A stretch of DNA of 64,000 bases from Haplodiscus bocki. Its lineage: Eukaryota. The position numbers and the translations under genes are program-made. This document shows positions 36,659 through 50,200 of the stretch, piece after piece. The stretch is from assembly GCA_965655095.1 (NCBI GenBank), contig OZ296656.1, positions 1,798,001 through 1,862,000 on the forward strand. The letters are read 5' to 3'. Under the pieces are notes generated by a model, which was not told where the DNA came from, did no database searches, and saw only the letters and a program-made list of their open reading frames with translations. Each line of letters opens with the position of its first letter. Position 1 is the first letter of the stretch.

Positions 36659-38100
36659 CAGTACATTAAGATGTTGAAAAACAGTATTGATTCCAGTAAT
36701 TTGCGGTTGATATCAACTTTCCAGCAATTGAATGTTTCTAGCTTTAAACTCTTTGGAATTTACCTATAGAAGGTTTACGTTTTTTCCATAAACTTCCATT
36801 CTAACACCAATGTCGTTTAGGATACTCAATCAGGAGACTCTCCCATCGCAAAAACCACTACGTCCACTGGAAGTGGTGAAGATCCGGCCCTGTGTTGTTG
36901 TAGGCTTCATTTGGACATTTCTGGAAAATGGAATTACAATCTTGGTCGTTGCACCTATGTTTCGAATACTCTTGGTAGTTTTTTCATGATGACACAATTT
37001 TGAAACTTTTTTTGGTGGTACCATTAAAAACAAACAAAGGTGCTTTTTTGGTTTCCAATAATCTTGGCCAATTGACGCCGCTAACAGTGTTTTAATTTTG
37101 TTTTCGTGTCCTCTTCGATTTCTAATTTGTCAGTGATAAAATTGTAAAAAAGCTCGACCGCATGGTGGCCTCTACTTCTTTGAAGTTTTGAATTTTTTTT
37201 GTTCCACACACCTTGCATTTTGGCGTACATTACAACATATTTATTATTTTAAACTTTGTCTTCATGCCTCATTCAATTTAAAGTTGGTTTGTGATGACGT
37301 TGTAAGGAGTTCAACCGCATGGTGATCTGTACCTCTTTGAATTTTTGATGCTTCGTTGTCATTGGAACATTTTTTTAATGGTCGCCGTCCGCTATTAGTC
37401 GTCACAATTCCTTCATGTTTTCGCTGAAATAGTGTACTCCATAGTTACATTGTTTGTTAAAAACTTTTGGTAGTTTAAAATTTCGAAAGTGATCAACTAA
37501 CCTCGGCCATACTGTTACAAGGATTGTTCATATTATTTTGAATAAAGTTTTCTTTTGAAATGTTTGTTCTTATATTCGCAAAAAACGTTATAGCAAACAT
37601 TGTGCAGCTTTGAGCTCGTATTAAACTTCAGTTGTCGAACATCTGCAATGAAGATATAATTTATAATCCTTAACTTTCTACAAGTTTTGTAGACAGGAAA
37701 AAAACCGATGTAATAACGATGTATTTGAATGCATTGCTCACCATTTTTTTTCTTTTGCCTTGAGTGTTACTGATCGATAAAGCGTGATGCGTTGAACAGT
37801 AAGATAACTGTAAATGTAACATAACATTTCGATGAAATAAACTTAATGATAAAGAAGATTTGAGAAATGTGAATAATTGAGAAACTTGTCATGCTTTTTT
37901 GAAAAACAGGTTGCTTTACTTGAAGCAATAGCGCTAATTCACTGGATTAAATGCTTGAAACCAAAATTACTTGCCTGTTGACTTCATTGAACCTTATAGG
38001 AAAATGCGTTCACAGAATCTTTAAAAAAGGAAAAAGCATGGTTTTGAATGTTCCAATTGTTCAATTCTCAGGCAGCTTCAACCACGTTTGATTTCAGACT

Positions 38101-39111
38101 ATGACAACTCAAGTGAACACCTCCCAAGTAACAGCACCAAATTTTTTGCGACGAAGCGAAAATACATTCGTCAGAGGTATCGTTCTAGTAATTAAGAAAT
38201 ACGACAAACCTTTGCAGTTGTTTAGACCGCAAAATATCAAAAACAAGAGAGGTGCCCTCGATACCAGCTATGATCGATTAGTCATACTAGGCGAGATCAA
38301 TTCAAAAGAATGCTTTGCTGTGACTGCGGAGTCTGCACAGAAAAGCTATTTTTTGTTCGGGGACACTCTGTTAACAGTAGGGTCAATTGTGGACGTAAAA
38401 GAACCTGTGTTCTCGAACTCTTGTCTCGGCAATGACCGCAGTAATCCAATTTTTCATGTTTTTCTTCCTTTGGAAGTCGTGGTTAACAATATTCCATTGT
38501 TGCCAATTCCCATAGATCTCCACCCATCAACGACAGCAATGTTTCACTTTTGCTTGCCAAACAGACCCCTCACCTTCTTACAAGCAGGTGCTGTAGCTCC
38601 AACTTGCTCAGGCTTCATGTGTGACAGACGAGAAAAACGAATTGACTCTGTATGCCCCTGTATACAGAAATCTCCTGTTTCAGCTTGGGTAATGTGCGCC
38701 CGAATTGTCAGTCGTGACATCGAAAATGAAGACGAAGATTCCCTCACGGGAGAAATGATACAAAGTCTTAACCTGACAAAACTGTTTTGCAGCGAAGCAA
38801 TTATTAGAAGTTCATATGCATCAATCGATTTGCAACAACTGCGGATTGCTGTTAACCAGGTGTCCCAATTTGTAAATGAGAATGGTGGTTGGCAGGTATG
38901 TGGATTTTACAAAAGTGGATCCACAGACGAAAATCTTGCACAAAACGTACAACGTGTCCGCATTTGCAAAATTACGCCTGCCGTTGAAGTGCCTTTTAAC
39001 TTGAAATACAACATTGTGCCATGCAACGCCAATATTGGCAATGAGCCCCCAGCTTTGCAACATGCGAATACTAACGTCGGTGCTCCTAACAATCCGAACA
39101 ACGTACGATAG
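38101..39111 (+). CDS. ORF3, conserved hypothetical 336-aa protein
   Basis: Intact ATG-TAG frame; four homologues in the window. Confidence 0.88.
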   Translation: MTTQVNTSQVTAPNFLRRSENTFVRGIVLVIKKYDKPLQLFRPQNIKNKRGALDTSYDRLVILGEINSKECFAVTAESAQKSYFLFGDTLLTVGSIVDVKEPVFSNSCLGNDRSNPIFHVFLPLEVVVNNIPLLPIPIDLHPSTTAMFHFCLPNRPLTFLQAGAVAPTCSGFMCDRREKRIDSVCPCIQKSPVSAWVMCARIVSRDIENEDEDSLTGEMIQSLNLTKLFCSEAIIRSSYASIDLQQLRIAVNQVSQFVNENGGWQVCGFYKSGSTDENLAQNVQRVRICKITPAVEVPFNLKYNIVPCNANIGNEPPALQHANTNVGAPNNPNNVR

Positions 39112-40134
39112 CTGATCTAGACTTACTCCTCAGATGACCGTTCTTTCTCCACCGCATGAACTGCTTGCTGGTTTTCAAAACCAATCTCTCCTTTCGCAAT
39201 CGACCGCAAGGTGGTTGCTGAAAAAAACATGCACAAATTAACAAGTTTCGGAAAAAAAGTCAACTGATAAAGTTGTCCTCGTTCTTTCATACCACAATTT
39301 GTTCTCCTCCTTTTCAATCTTGAAACCTATGCTTCAATTTTCTTGTTAATGATAAAGTTTAACTTTCCAGTACTTATCAGTACCCAAAGGTTAATTGTTG
39401 GTTTTTGTGGAACTGTAAACACTAATGTCAAATTACAAATTAGTTGTTGTTGAACAATGGAAATTAGTTTGCAACTGCCGACGACTTGTCTCTGTAAACC
39501 TACGTTTTTCAGTAGCTTAGAACATTGTGCTAATTCGTGTGGCTTTTGAGTGTGGTTTATTGGTTCGTGTAGAAGTTGTGAACTTTTTATGTTATGCAAT
39601 TAACTTCTTTCTTGTTATGTTAAACATTACTATCCGTTCATGACCGAACGTTTTGAACTTTGAAACGCTGGCTTGCTCTTCTATCGGTCGAAGTGCACGC
39701 TCTCAGTTCGTTGCTTGACGTTTGATACAGTGTTGTAATTTTCGCTAACAGAAGAATGGTATCAAACTTTCATACGAAATTTTAGGGAAATTTTTTTCTG
39801 AAGTCTATACAGGTTCATTTGGTTCATTCGGGTTGTTTTCACAAAGTAACAGCTGGGAACCTACTGCCTACAAATTGACAACATTCATGCGAAACTTTTT
39901 GAGAAAGTTAAAACACTTTCGCTGGTCAAATTTTGAAAGTATTCGTTCGGACAAAAATTTTAGTTTTCCTTCCCAGAAACTCATCAAACTTGAAGTTGTT
40001 TGTTAAAGGAACAGTTGCTCTCCGAGAATTGCGGGCAAAAATTCCTGCCGACGTTTCACCATACGCCTGTTTAAGTGTTATATTCAAATTCTACAGCAAA
40101 ATTTGATTTTTTTCTGATTTTTGTTTTTTTTCCA

Positions 40135-40746
40135 AAAAATTCGTCATAACCGTCATTTTTTTCGGCAAAGTGGCCGAAACTTTTTCATCTTCGGAAAATT
40201 GCCTTTCAAGTTATGGAGTCGATTTCATACTGGAGCCACTCCAGAGTGCAAACTATGCACTTCAATGTGGGAGCTATGACGAAATGGTCGATTTTCGGCA
40301 TTTTTTCCAAATTTCATCCGTCATATCTCCACACCTATGACGAGTTGGTAGAAAATTTTTTGCATGCGTTTAGGCCTTAGTTATTCTGCTTCACACGAAA
40401 AGTTTCGGCCAAATGCATGTGGTTACTTGCAGGGCTGTCGCTAAAAACTGAAAAATGAGGCCAAAAAACAGAATCATCCCGTCATAACTCCCCTACCATT
40501 TTTGCTAGAATGATCTAACTTGCACCATTGATCTTAGAATTGAAAGTTATTTCCGCATGCAAAGTTTGATCCAAATCGTATGGGTGGGAGCTGAGATCGC
40601 TATTTTCCTATACCGTGTTTGCATAGAGTTATTTCTTATATTTTAACGCGAGGCAAAGGGGCCCCTCCCCCGCCTCGCCAGGACCTATGAGGGGCGCAAT
40701 CCCGTGACCACCCAGTGGAGGCGACGGCGAAAATTACTAGAGGGCG
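40135..40746 (+). repeat. Conserved terminal block, copy 3
   Basis: Ends TTACTAGAGGGCG at 40746. Confidence 0.9.
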
Positions 40747-40809
40747 TGAGGTTTGAATCCGTGTTTCTCTCGTGTTCAGATTTATTTTCTGCGACAAACG
40801 GGCGTAGTC

Positions 40810-41610
40810 CTTTCATTGTGCGTCAGTCAACGTGAAGTAATATGTTGTCGGTTTTTGTGACGAAGACAAAAAATGCCCTTTAGGTGCCAAATATTGACAA
40901 AGTAATCGTTAATCCCGATTCCAGATTGTTGTTCTAACTTCTCTGTTTCCGGCATGAGAGGTAATTTTGTTTTTCTGTAGAAGCACTGGCTTTGTCGATG
41001 CAGTTCGAAAAGGTGCAGTTAGGTGGTGAATACGAACGGGGCCGAAGTCTGCAGAGCAATGAACAGTTGTTATCTTGGAACAAAATATGTTTCTGTTGAC
41101 ATTTCAGTTTAATAGCTGCTTTTGAGCTTTTTCTCCAGCTAGCAAAATTCTGCGTTATTGTCTAATTCATTTCTATAATTTATTCGTACTTAAAATAATA
41201 AATGTGAATAAAGGTTTGTTTTAAACTCGAAATTGTTATCTCAACTTTTGCTGTTTCTTTTGCAGCTGTTTCCAGAGAAATCGTTTTTTGTCTCTCATAG
41301 CTGTTTTTGTTTCTTTAAACAAAGAAAAAACTTGATTGGTGTTCAATTACGCACTCCAAAGGTATGTTTGGCTTCTGCCTTGGTGGAAGAAACAAATGTT
41401 TTGCTGCTTCTAATGTCTTCTGCAGGGATAGTCATGATAATGGAACTTTGCAACGGGATACTTAATATTTAATGAACAAACATCAGAATTTGGAAACGGG
41501 TGGCTTGCAGGAACCTTACGCGTTGTTTGAACCTCAAAAATCACGACGAAGGTTCTCCAGTTTCTGATACCAATGAGACTCATTTTCAAGGGTTCCAATG
41601 ATTGTTATGA
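40810..41610 (-). pseudogene. Decayed coding-like frame, possibly tyrosine-recombinase N-terminal half (type B)
   Basis: LFIALQTSAPFVFT (~41066-41025) and RHKNR (HKN 40859-40851); homologous to 23790-24590. Confidence 0.3.
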
Positions 41611-43988
41611 CTTAAATTGGTTTTTTTTAAAAATGTGTCTAAATAATATCAACCACCCCTTCCTCCGCTTTCGAATTTTAATTTCTGAATAGTTTTGTTA
41701 ATGAAATTTTACTGTTCACAAAAAGAGGCAACGGTATGATGCCTTATTTCTGATCGGCGCCAAATGCAAAATTTTTTTCCGGGCTTCTGTGGTTTTCTTT
41801 TAAGGGAAACGTTGCATTGCGCATCTAGTAGGTAATTTTTATTTTTTCTTTGTTTTGTTTTGTAATGGATAACACGATTGATCACAATCATTTCTTGATT
41901 TAAGGCTTCCTGCGGTGTAGCTCTATCTTTTTAATTGAATCAACCGTTTCTTGACGGCAATGGTCCCGTTTCCCCTTGTAGTGGTATGAAGTTTCACTGA
42001 CCAATATTGTTGTTCAATCAGCACTTGATTAGAAAATCAGTGAAAGCTACTGCACGCTTCATTGTGGCTTGATGTTTTCCCGTTAATTCGCTTTCTTCAT
42101 TTGTTTACAAGGTTGTGCGAGCTACTTTTCTCTAAATAATTTCGTTTTCTATTCACGACTTCCGATTGACATGACTGTGCTGCTTTTGCGGTCAACATAT
42201 TTGGAAAACGCACCCAACCAATTTTCCGAAATGCTGTTTTCCTATATATAATTACCTTCTTTCAAGACTGTACTGACAATTCAAAATTTCTCATGTTTTC
42301 GCGGAATCAATGAGTTTCGATACTCCGGATTGAGCAGTTAACGGAGCATTTCTTCAGCTGTATAATTCTATCAATTGTTCAACATTTTACCGAGTTTCAA
42401 ATTAGTCCTTCCGTTGTTTGATTTTTTTCCTCATCTTAAATAATTGAATTTCCTGAAGCATTTTATTTTTTTTTATTGTTGATATTACTATTTTATTCAC
42501 AACGTTTTTCTTCCAATTCCAATCCTGATACTCTGATCCCCCAGAGTCATTTGCATTTTTGCTGGACGGATGACAATTCACTTCTTCAACCTTATGCTAG
42601 ATCGACTGTTCACGTTTGACATATGTTACACCAAAGACATATATAAACCCTCGTTGAAGTTTGTAAAGTGATTGATTAAAAATTAAAACGTATTTCAATT
42701 TTAACTTTATAAACATCTGTTTAATATGCGTAACGTTTTCTCACGTGTAATTGCTGGCTGTGGAAGGTTTCATTTAGGAAATATTATTTTCATTAATTGT
42801 CAATTTTCTCTCTTGGGCTAGCTTCGACGTTTAAAACTCAATGCTTTCGAATCTTGAGGTCCACGTTGAGGCTCCTTTTTTTCCTGCAGTACAGATTTAA
42901 AGAAATGACTCCACGGCCAGAAATTCAAAATTTCAAATAAACTTTACTTGTAATAGATCAGCCGAAAGATGATCTTTATCTAAATGTCAATAGACGGAAT
43001 CAAGACACAATAAGAAACAACGGCGTGATAGCCATATTGATCAAAGACTTTAAGCAATTCAGTTTTTCAAGTTCAAGATGGAAACTATATCGCAACGATT
43101 AAATGTGTCCGAAAAATGCTAGGCAGTTGGAATTGCTCAAACCTATGGCACTTTTAGAACCTCCTTGATCCAATTTTTTTATGTTTTCATCAAGGTTTTT
43201 CCCATCTGGATTCTTGAAACTTACCCTCTGTTCTATGAGTGTGCCTGTTCAACTATCAACGTTGACAAAACGACATGAAAAAGACAGCGAATACAGTTTG
43301 AACAATTTGTTACTAAGCTCTTGATTTTAAGAAGGTTCCCAACGTTGAAGTGTTATGAAAAAATTACTAAATTCATTCTTTTGACGCCCAAAAACTTTCA
43401 GTAGTGGTTTACGTTGTAGTTCACTGAGATGAGCCCTGAATATTTGATTCTCAAATTTTGTGAGAGAAAAAGAGAATTCGACGAAGAATGGTGGAAATGT
43501 AAAGCTTCCCATTGTTTCTCCCAACTGAAACAAAATTGTTGTAGCAACAATTCTCTCTACCCCCGTCATTTTTATGAAATGGTTATTAAATGCATTTTTT
43601 TAGACTACAGAACTCATGAGCTTCTTCCTATATTAAATGTGGTCTCTGTTCGTCTTGTATAAGTCATTTTTTTCGGAATATGGACAGACCTTTTCATTTT
43701 TACATCTGTTAAAACAAGCTACATGTTTTATAGGTGAAACAAAGTTACTGATTTCTTTCAGGCCCTTGAAAACGAGAATTTTTTACCTGCAACAACTAAA
43801 TTAAATTGATGCCTGGTTTACACCAGTCGGAAGCACTAAGAACCTCTCAAAAACTTTTGTGGCCTTACTTTTACGCAACTTCAGTTACTTGCTGCGATTT
43901 TTTGCCAAAAATTTTCAATTTTCCAAATTGTTTGTGAAACTGAAAGTTTACGTCGTGTCTGATTGAAGTCAGTAAATCTGCTGAGGAA

Positions 43989-44026
43989 GCCTTGGTTTTG
44001 CTCCATTCCGTTCGCAAAACCAAGGC
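43989..44026. other. Conserved 13-bp inverted repeat, 12-nt spacer
   Basis: GCCTTGGTTTTGC-tccattccgttc-GCAAAACCAAGGC. Confidence 0.9.
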
Positions 44027-44287
44027 GCCTGGTTTATGAATGGTTGGAAACGAATTATGATTTTTTACCGTACTGGCTTATCTTTTCCGCTGCATCGACC
44101 CTTAAAATTAACTAGACAGGCAACGGTTTGTAATCGAACCTCAAAAGACTTTGCTCAAACGACAATTTGATGTATTTACCTGCTATACGAATTTGCCTGC
44201 AATTTATTCAACGTGTGGTTGTATTGTAACTTTTTGTTCTTTCATATAGTTATGATCCCATTGAACTAATGTCTGTTGTGTTTGACA

Positions 44288-47200
44288 ATGTCAAAGCAAA
44301 ACAGCAAAGGAAACTTAAAGCGTCGACGTTGTACTTCCTGTGGACAATTTGTTGGAGAACATCATGTGTGTGCAAAATCAATTGAAGTTGAACTTCAGGC
44401 CAATGAGTCTTTAGGAATTTTATACAAAATTCCCGATGCTTCAGTTTCTGTCTCACCTGCCGCGAGAACGGAGATACACAGCTCGCTGAACACTTTGGGG
44501 TTGATTGACTTTTGGAAGCCTATAGTAACAGCTATCGGAAATGATACAGTTATCTGCTCCACGCAGCCAGTCCGGGTAACAGCAGTGCTTGGGGACGGTA
44601 ATTGCCTTTTTTCCTCTCTGGCAGTTGCTCTCGGGCTGTCACATGAATGTGGCCCAATCATACGAAACATTATTGTCAGCCACATGAATTTAATCAGTTT
44701 CCCCCCTAATAGCCTGCAAACATCTGTTTACTCCGACGACTTTCCCAACCAACATCATATTTTGAATTGTACTTCCGTCCATGAGTACCTCCGCGAATCT
44801 AGAATGGCAGAAAATGGCGTTTTTGGAAGCTGTGTTGAAATATATTCATTTTGCCAAATCTTCAAAGTCGATGTTTTTTTGTACCATGTTCCGTTCCAAT
44901 CCTGGATGATTTATGAATGTTCCTCCAACGTAAATCGAGAAGGAATTTTCATTCAACAAAACAGGAATGCAAATCACTTCGAGGTGATAACAGAGCTAGT
45001 TTCACTTGGTCCTGAAAGCTCCAGCGTAGCGCAAGTTGCATCAATTGATCGCCCTTTTTCTCAATTAAGCGAAAATAATCACCGGACTGTAGCATTGCAG
45101 AACTGCGAAGCAACTGCAACTGAACCAGCTTCGAAAAAAAGAAAAGTCCATTCTGATTACGCCTGGGAAGAGCACCCAAAGACTCTCGCAACAAGTCCCT
45201 TGAACATTTCAGTATCTACCAATATGAAGAGACTTTCGGCCTTGGAAACATTATCAACAAATTCAGCGGACCTCCTAAACAACGATTGTTCACAAATGCT
45301 GGACGCCCCATGTTCTGCCTTTTCCAGAACAGATAGTGTTTCAACAAATATGCACACGAACAACGAGTGCCCCAGTTCGGGCGGATCTGACTGTTGCGCA
45401 AAATGCATGCGCCAGTCAACAGTTCTTTACCCTTTAAAATTGACAAGGAAGAACAAACTTGATCTTAAAAACCGTGTGTTTGGACACAAGCTAACGCAGC
45501 CCATTGTTGCTTTATGTAAGCTCTGTCTTCTCTATTGCACAACCGAAAGTTATGATTGGTACAATGCTTGGCCGTCTGTGTTTTTCAGCCTATTGAGTGA
45601 TCAAGACAGGCCAGCTAGAACCCAAATGGATATTTTGTCTTTGTTACCTTGGGAATTGAGACAGCAGTGGATGACATCCATGCACTACTTTCCCCTTTGC
45701 GTTCAAAGATGTCTAAGTCAGAAACGGATTTCTGGGAAATGTTCCGTTGATGGGACGCTTCGTTTGCGTCGTTTCCAGAAACTCATGAAAACCTTAAAGC
45801 AGACTAACATAGCTCTTGCCCTGGACAATGAACCTTATCCCAACGTCCGCTGCCCATATGGGTGCTGGTGTTTCATTGAAGAATCAGGTTGGATACCCGC
45901 AAATCACTTCATCAACTTTTTTGAGAGAAACTTTACCTCGTTCCAGTCCTCCAGCCTCCTGCATCTAAGAGGAATTAGGTCCGACTTTTTAACACCATTT
46001 GTGTCCCTGCGCCAGTTCCTAGTAGCAACTACAGTGCGAGTTGATGAAAAAGTGGGACTCGTGGTTCAGACTTGCTCCATGCACTCAAGAGGCTCCAGTG
46101 TGCAGTACTTTCATCCGCCATCACATCCTTCGCTGGGGCGAACTACAGTGAATTATGAAGAACGTCTTAGTGCGATCGCACCCACATTGTCGTTCGTCTC
46201 CAGCATCAAAGCCAACTTCGCAAGTCACACATACCAATTGCTAAGAAGTGTTGGCTCTTACAGTGGAATGAGCACAGTCCGATTGAAGCGGAAAACGCGC
46301 TGGGATTTCACTAGTGACATTTTGTATCATGCTGAAGGCGTCGCCTGTCACTTCAGAGAAGACATTAAAACAATGATTCGTGAGTGGGTAAGACAGGGTA
46401 AAATCCTTGATGACGTAGCTTCGGGAATGCTGGATTATGTACCGGACAATAAGAAAGTCAACAGTTGTTTGTCACAGGCCACTTCAATAGACTTACAAAC
46501 ATGCCTGGACCTCACAAAAATAGTGGAAAAGAATGAAAAAGAATATCTCAACAATGCTGAGCTGTTGAGCTGTTACACTCTCGTTCATGGGAATGATGAT
46601 TACGGTTGCTCTCCACCTCCTCTAGAAAATAGAGTTAGCATAGTTTCGTGGATTGTGCAGGCTGCAGCTTGTGTTTCCCCAATACTTTGTCGTTCCTTAG
46701 TGAACTCTTCAAATTACAGTGTGACACTTAGGCCTTTGTTCACTTTACTCAGGAAAGTGTTGCTTGGCACCGGAAGAATGAATACAGCAAGAGTTTTATG
46801 TCTTGTTGAAAAATCCGAACAAGCTGTATCAGCTGTAATTGAACAAAATAAAAGTGATGACAAAACAGAAGGAACAGCCGACTGTTGTTGTTTTGTAGGA
46901 GCAAGGTTTCTATCAAAAATTTGTAACACCATTCAACACTTTCCCTTAGGCAAACGGAAAAATATCGGTTCAGCCACCAGAGAGCACGTTTCGTACAACA
47001 TGACCCATGCCATTTTTACGACAGGTTCCCCAAAAAGTTTGCGGAACAAGGTTGAACCACCGTTAACCCTGATTATTTCCGACAATGAATTTGAATTGAT
47101 CGCAGTTGGAACGAAGGATGGAAGCAGCAAGGGAGAACCGAGGTGGTTAGTTAGACATGGAGGAAAGTTTCAAGGGTTTTGGCTCATTGAGAAAAGTACA

Positions 47201-50200
47201 AAATTTGCCAAAAAAACAGAAGGTTCCCCGACTGATAACTTGGAAACTTTAATTCGGGGATATTGGACAATTGCGATTTATCAAATATCGAGAAATGTTG
47301 AATTGATTGATTTGAAGTGGAAATTTCTGAGCACTTTGACCGGTCAGGGTATTTTTATTTGTGGACATCACACAATTCCTTTAACCAGAGACTTCAGGAA
47401 GAGTGGTTTCCAATGTAGATGTCGTCGTGCATCGTTTTTGCGCTGCCCGCATTTGCAATGCTACTCTTGCGTTTGCAAGCGTCACTTCAATGAAGGTCTA
47501 CAGCAGCAACACAGACGTATTTTAATTGATTCAGTACCGTTGGAGAACTTAAATAAAACGAATTCCCCTTCTATAGTATCGGAATCATCTTCCTCACGGG
47601 ATTTTATTGATCCCAACATCATCTCTGCAACTGAACCAATTCAACCAGATGCGGCAACAGAAACGTTTGAGATTGCATCAAGCAACAGTTCTTCTGTCAG
47701 TTTTATTCTTCATCCGGAAAGAAATAACGAGGAATTCGAAGATGACAACGTGAGAATAATGGCAACATTAAAAACCAACCCTGATGAAAAACTGATTTCC
47801 GTGGATCATGAACGAAAAGAAGATGCTTTCAAACTACCGCTCCATATTCTTTTAAACTCACAATGCAATCTTCTTTATCGACGTAACGTGAATCCAATCA
47901 GCCTTTCCCTGAAAGAAAAACGTTTCCTTGAAAATATTTCAGCTACTTCGACGTCTGCATTACCGCTCATTCAGCCCGAAGCTCTTCTTTTCCCATCGAT
48001 TTTTTGGTGTCAAGCTAGCAGCGGCAGTTTTCAAGGAGCAATACCAACTGCTTTATACAATTCATCCAAGTACAACAAACAGCTGGGTTTCGCTGGTTTG
48101 GATGACATGCTTCGAACTCGAATCAAAGACGGTTCTCTTTTGACATCTTGCAATCCTACTTATTTGCAGTATGTGTTTGATTGCCTGTTGAACATGCAGC
48201 TTCATAAAAGTGACATTAGGCTAATACTAAATCGAGGATGGCAAGAAGTTAATTCTGCTCCTCGTAATTGCTCATTCGTTTCGACTCAAACTTTCAAGTT
48301 TGATTGTGCGGAAAGTCGAAAAAATGTCTGCGAACTTGCGGCTTTAATTAGAGACAAAAATCCAACCTACTTTGTGACCTACACTTGTAGTCAATCGACG
48401 CACCCGGGGATTCGGAAAATCTTTGAAGCACTGCATGAAATGTATCCCGCAGAAACCACTCCGAAGGAAGTACTTTCAGCAGCAATTCAAGCTGAACTCA
48501 TGCCCATGCTCAGGTCTTGGCACCGCGCCTCTCAATATGTAATGGAATGGGTGAAAAATTCACCAGAAAAACCACTGGGTCCTGTGTCTCATATTTGGAT
48601 GAGGTACGAATGGCAGGAAGAGACAGCTGGCTTTCCTCACTTGCATGCTATTTTGTGCACACCAGAAGATAAATTTAGTGATGATGTACGATCTCGTGTT
48701 TGCTGTTCAAAACAAACGTTTTTGGGTGGCTTAGAAGTCAGTTGCCCCGAATTGGACGCAGTCGAACGTTTCCATCTGGGTGAACTTTACCAAAAGTATC
48801 AAACCCATAACTGTTCCAAAGGTCGTAAACGTTGCCATAAGAAGACAGACAGGATGGAGAAACCAATTTGTCGTGTGCCTAAATATCCTCCTTCGAATTG
48901 TTTTTCTTTCAAGGAAATTCCTGTGAACTTTTCCTGCGAAACAATGGGACTTCTGCGAGAAATGGATTTAGCAGACATAGATGAAAACTCGCTAGTCCCA
49001 AAAGTGAAAGATCCTTTAACCGCCGGAAAACATCATTATCCCACTGTTTCTAACGAACATTATTCACCAACGAACGCTGCTCTTTTTGCTTTGACACAAT
49101 CCAGCACCAATGTTCAAATATGTGACGACTACATGGCCCCCCGCTACGTTGCAAAATATGCAGCCGGCATTGAATCTCGAGCAGTTGCCAAAATTGTCGC
49201 TGGTGAAACAGAAAATAGTGTCAAAGTCTTGACAGAACCAATCGCACATGAAAAAATAGCTGGGGTACAGGCTTCGCTAAAGAAATTGAGAGGCGATGAA
49301 AAACAAAAATCGGTAACTGGTCGTGTTGTCAGCATAACAGAGTGTCTCTGGTGGTCCTTACAACTTCCGTATGTCTGTACAAATGTCGATTTTGTTCACG
49401 TGCCAACTGTTCCCAAAGAATATCGATCTGGAATTGTCACTGAAAAACGATTTAGCAATATTATTAAGTTGGGCGCCACATTCATGGAAGGAATCCGAGT
49501 TCGGAAACACGTTTTACAACTCCCAAAGCACCGGCAGTTCACTAGGACACAAAGTTTTCTTCTCGCAGATGTTGAAAACAGCTCTATTTCGCCAGACAAA
49601 GTAACAGTTTTTGGACTCCGCCCACCTGAACTTTTGTTTGTCTCGAAGTTAAAAAATTACTACAGTTGGTTTGTTCGTTGTAAACCGCAAACAAAAAAAT
49701 CCATCAGCAATCATGAAGTGTTCTTGAAGAGAAGCCTCCGCAGAAGTTGTTGGGTTGATGCATTGGGGTATTTGGTTAAACTACGCCCTTGTTCTGTGGA
49801 CGCTTTTGTAAAATTCTGTCGTGCAAATGGTACCGATGGACGGGATGGGATTCTGAAACGCGAAATGAGAATACACATTGTTCCGTTGCTTGTGACGAAA
49901 AACGCGTCACAATTTGTTGCTCAGTGGAAGCAGTTGTCCGAAGAAAATGCCGTGGTTGTTTTCAGTAACATTTTGCCGAATAACCCAACTAAATTTCTAC
50001 TACATTTGCTCTTGACTAATGGAGAATTCGACACAGAGATGGACATTCTGAACGTGCAATCTTTCAGAGAAGCTTTCACAACAGCTAAAATTATTCCAAG
50101 CTGCAACATAAACGCTAAAACCGTGCAAAATTTAACACGAAATTATTTGCTGGAACAACTGCGTTTTGTACCTGGGTCCTCGAAACTAATTGACAAATAC

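Larger units (their letters stand above)
23715..40746 (+). mobile_element. Unit U3, full length (17,032 bp)
   Basis: Bounded by GGCG junctions; colinear with U4 over its whole length. Confidence 0.9.

Noticed and set aside
36830-37033. Small minus-strand ORF shared with 53789-54046
   Set aside because: Starts and ends differ between near-identical copies and there is no clear counterpart in U2; cannot be supported as a gene.
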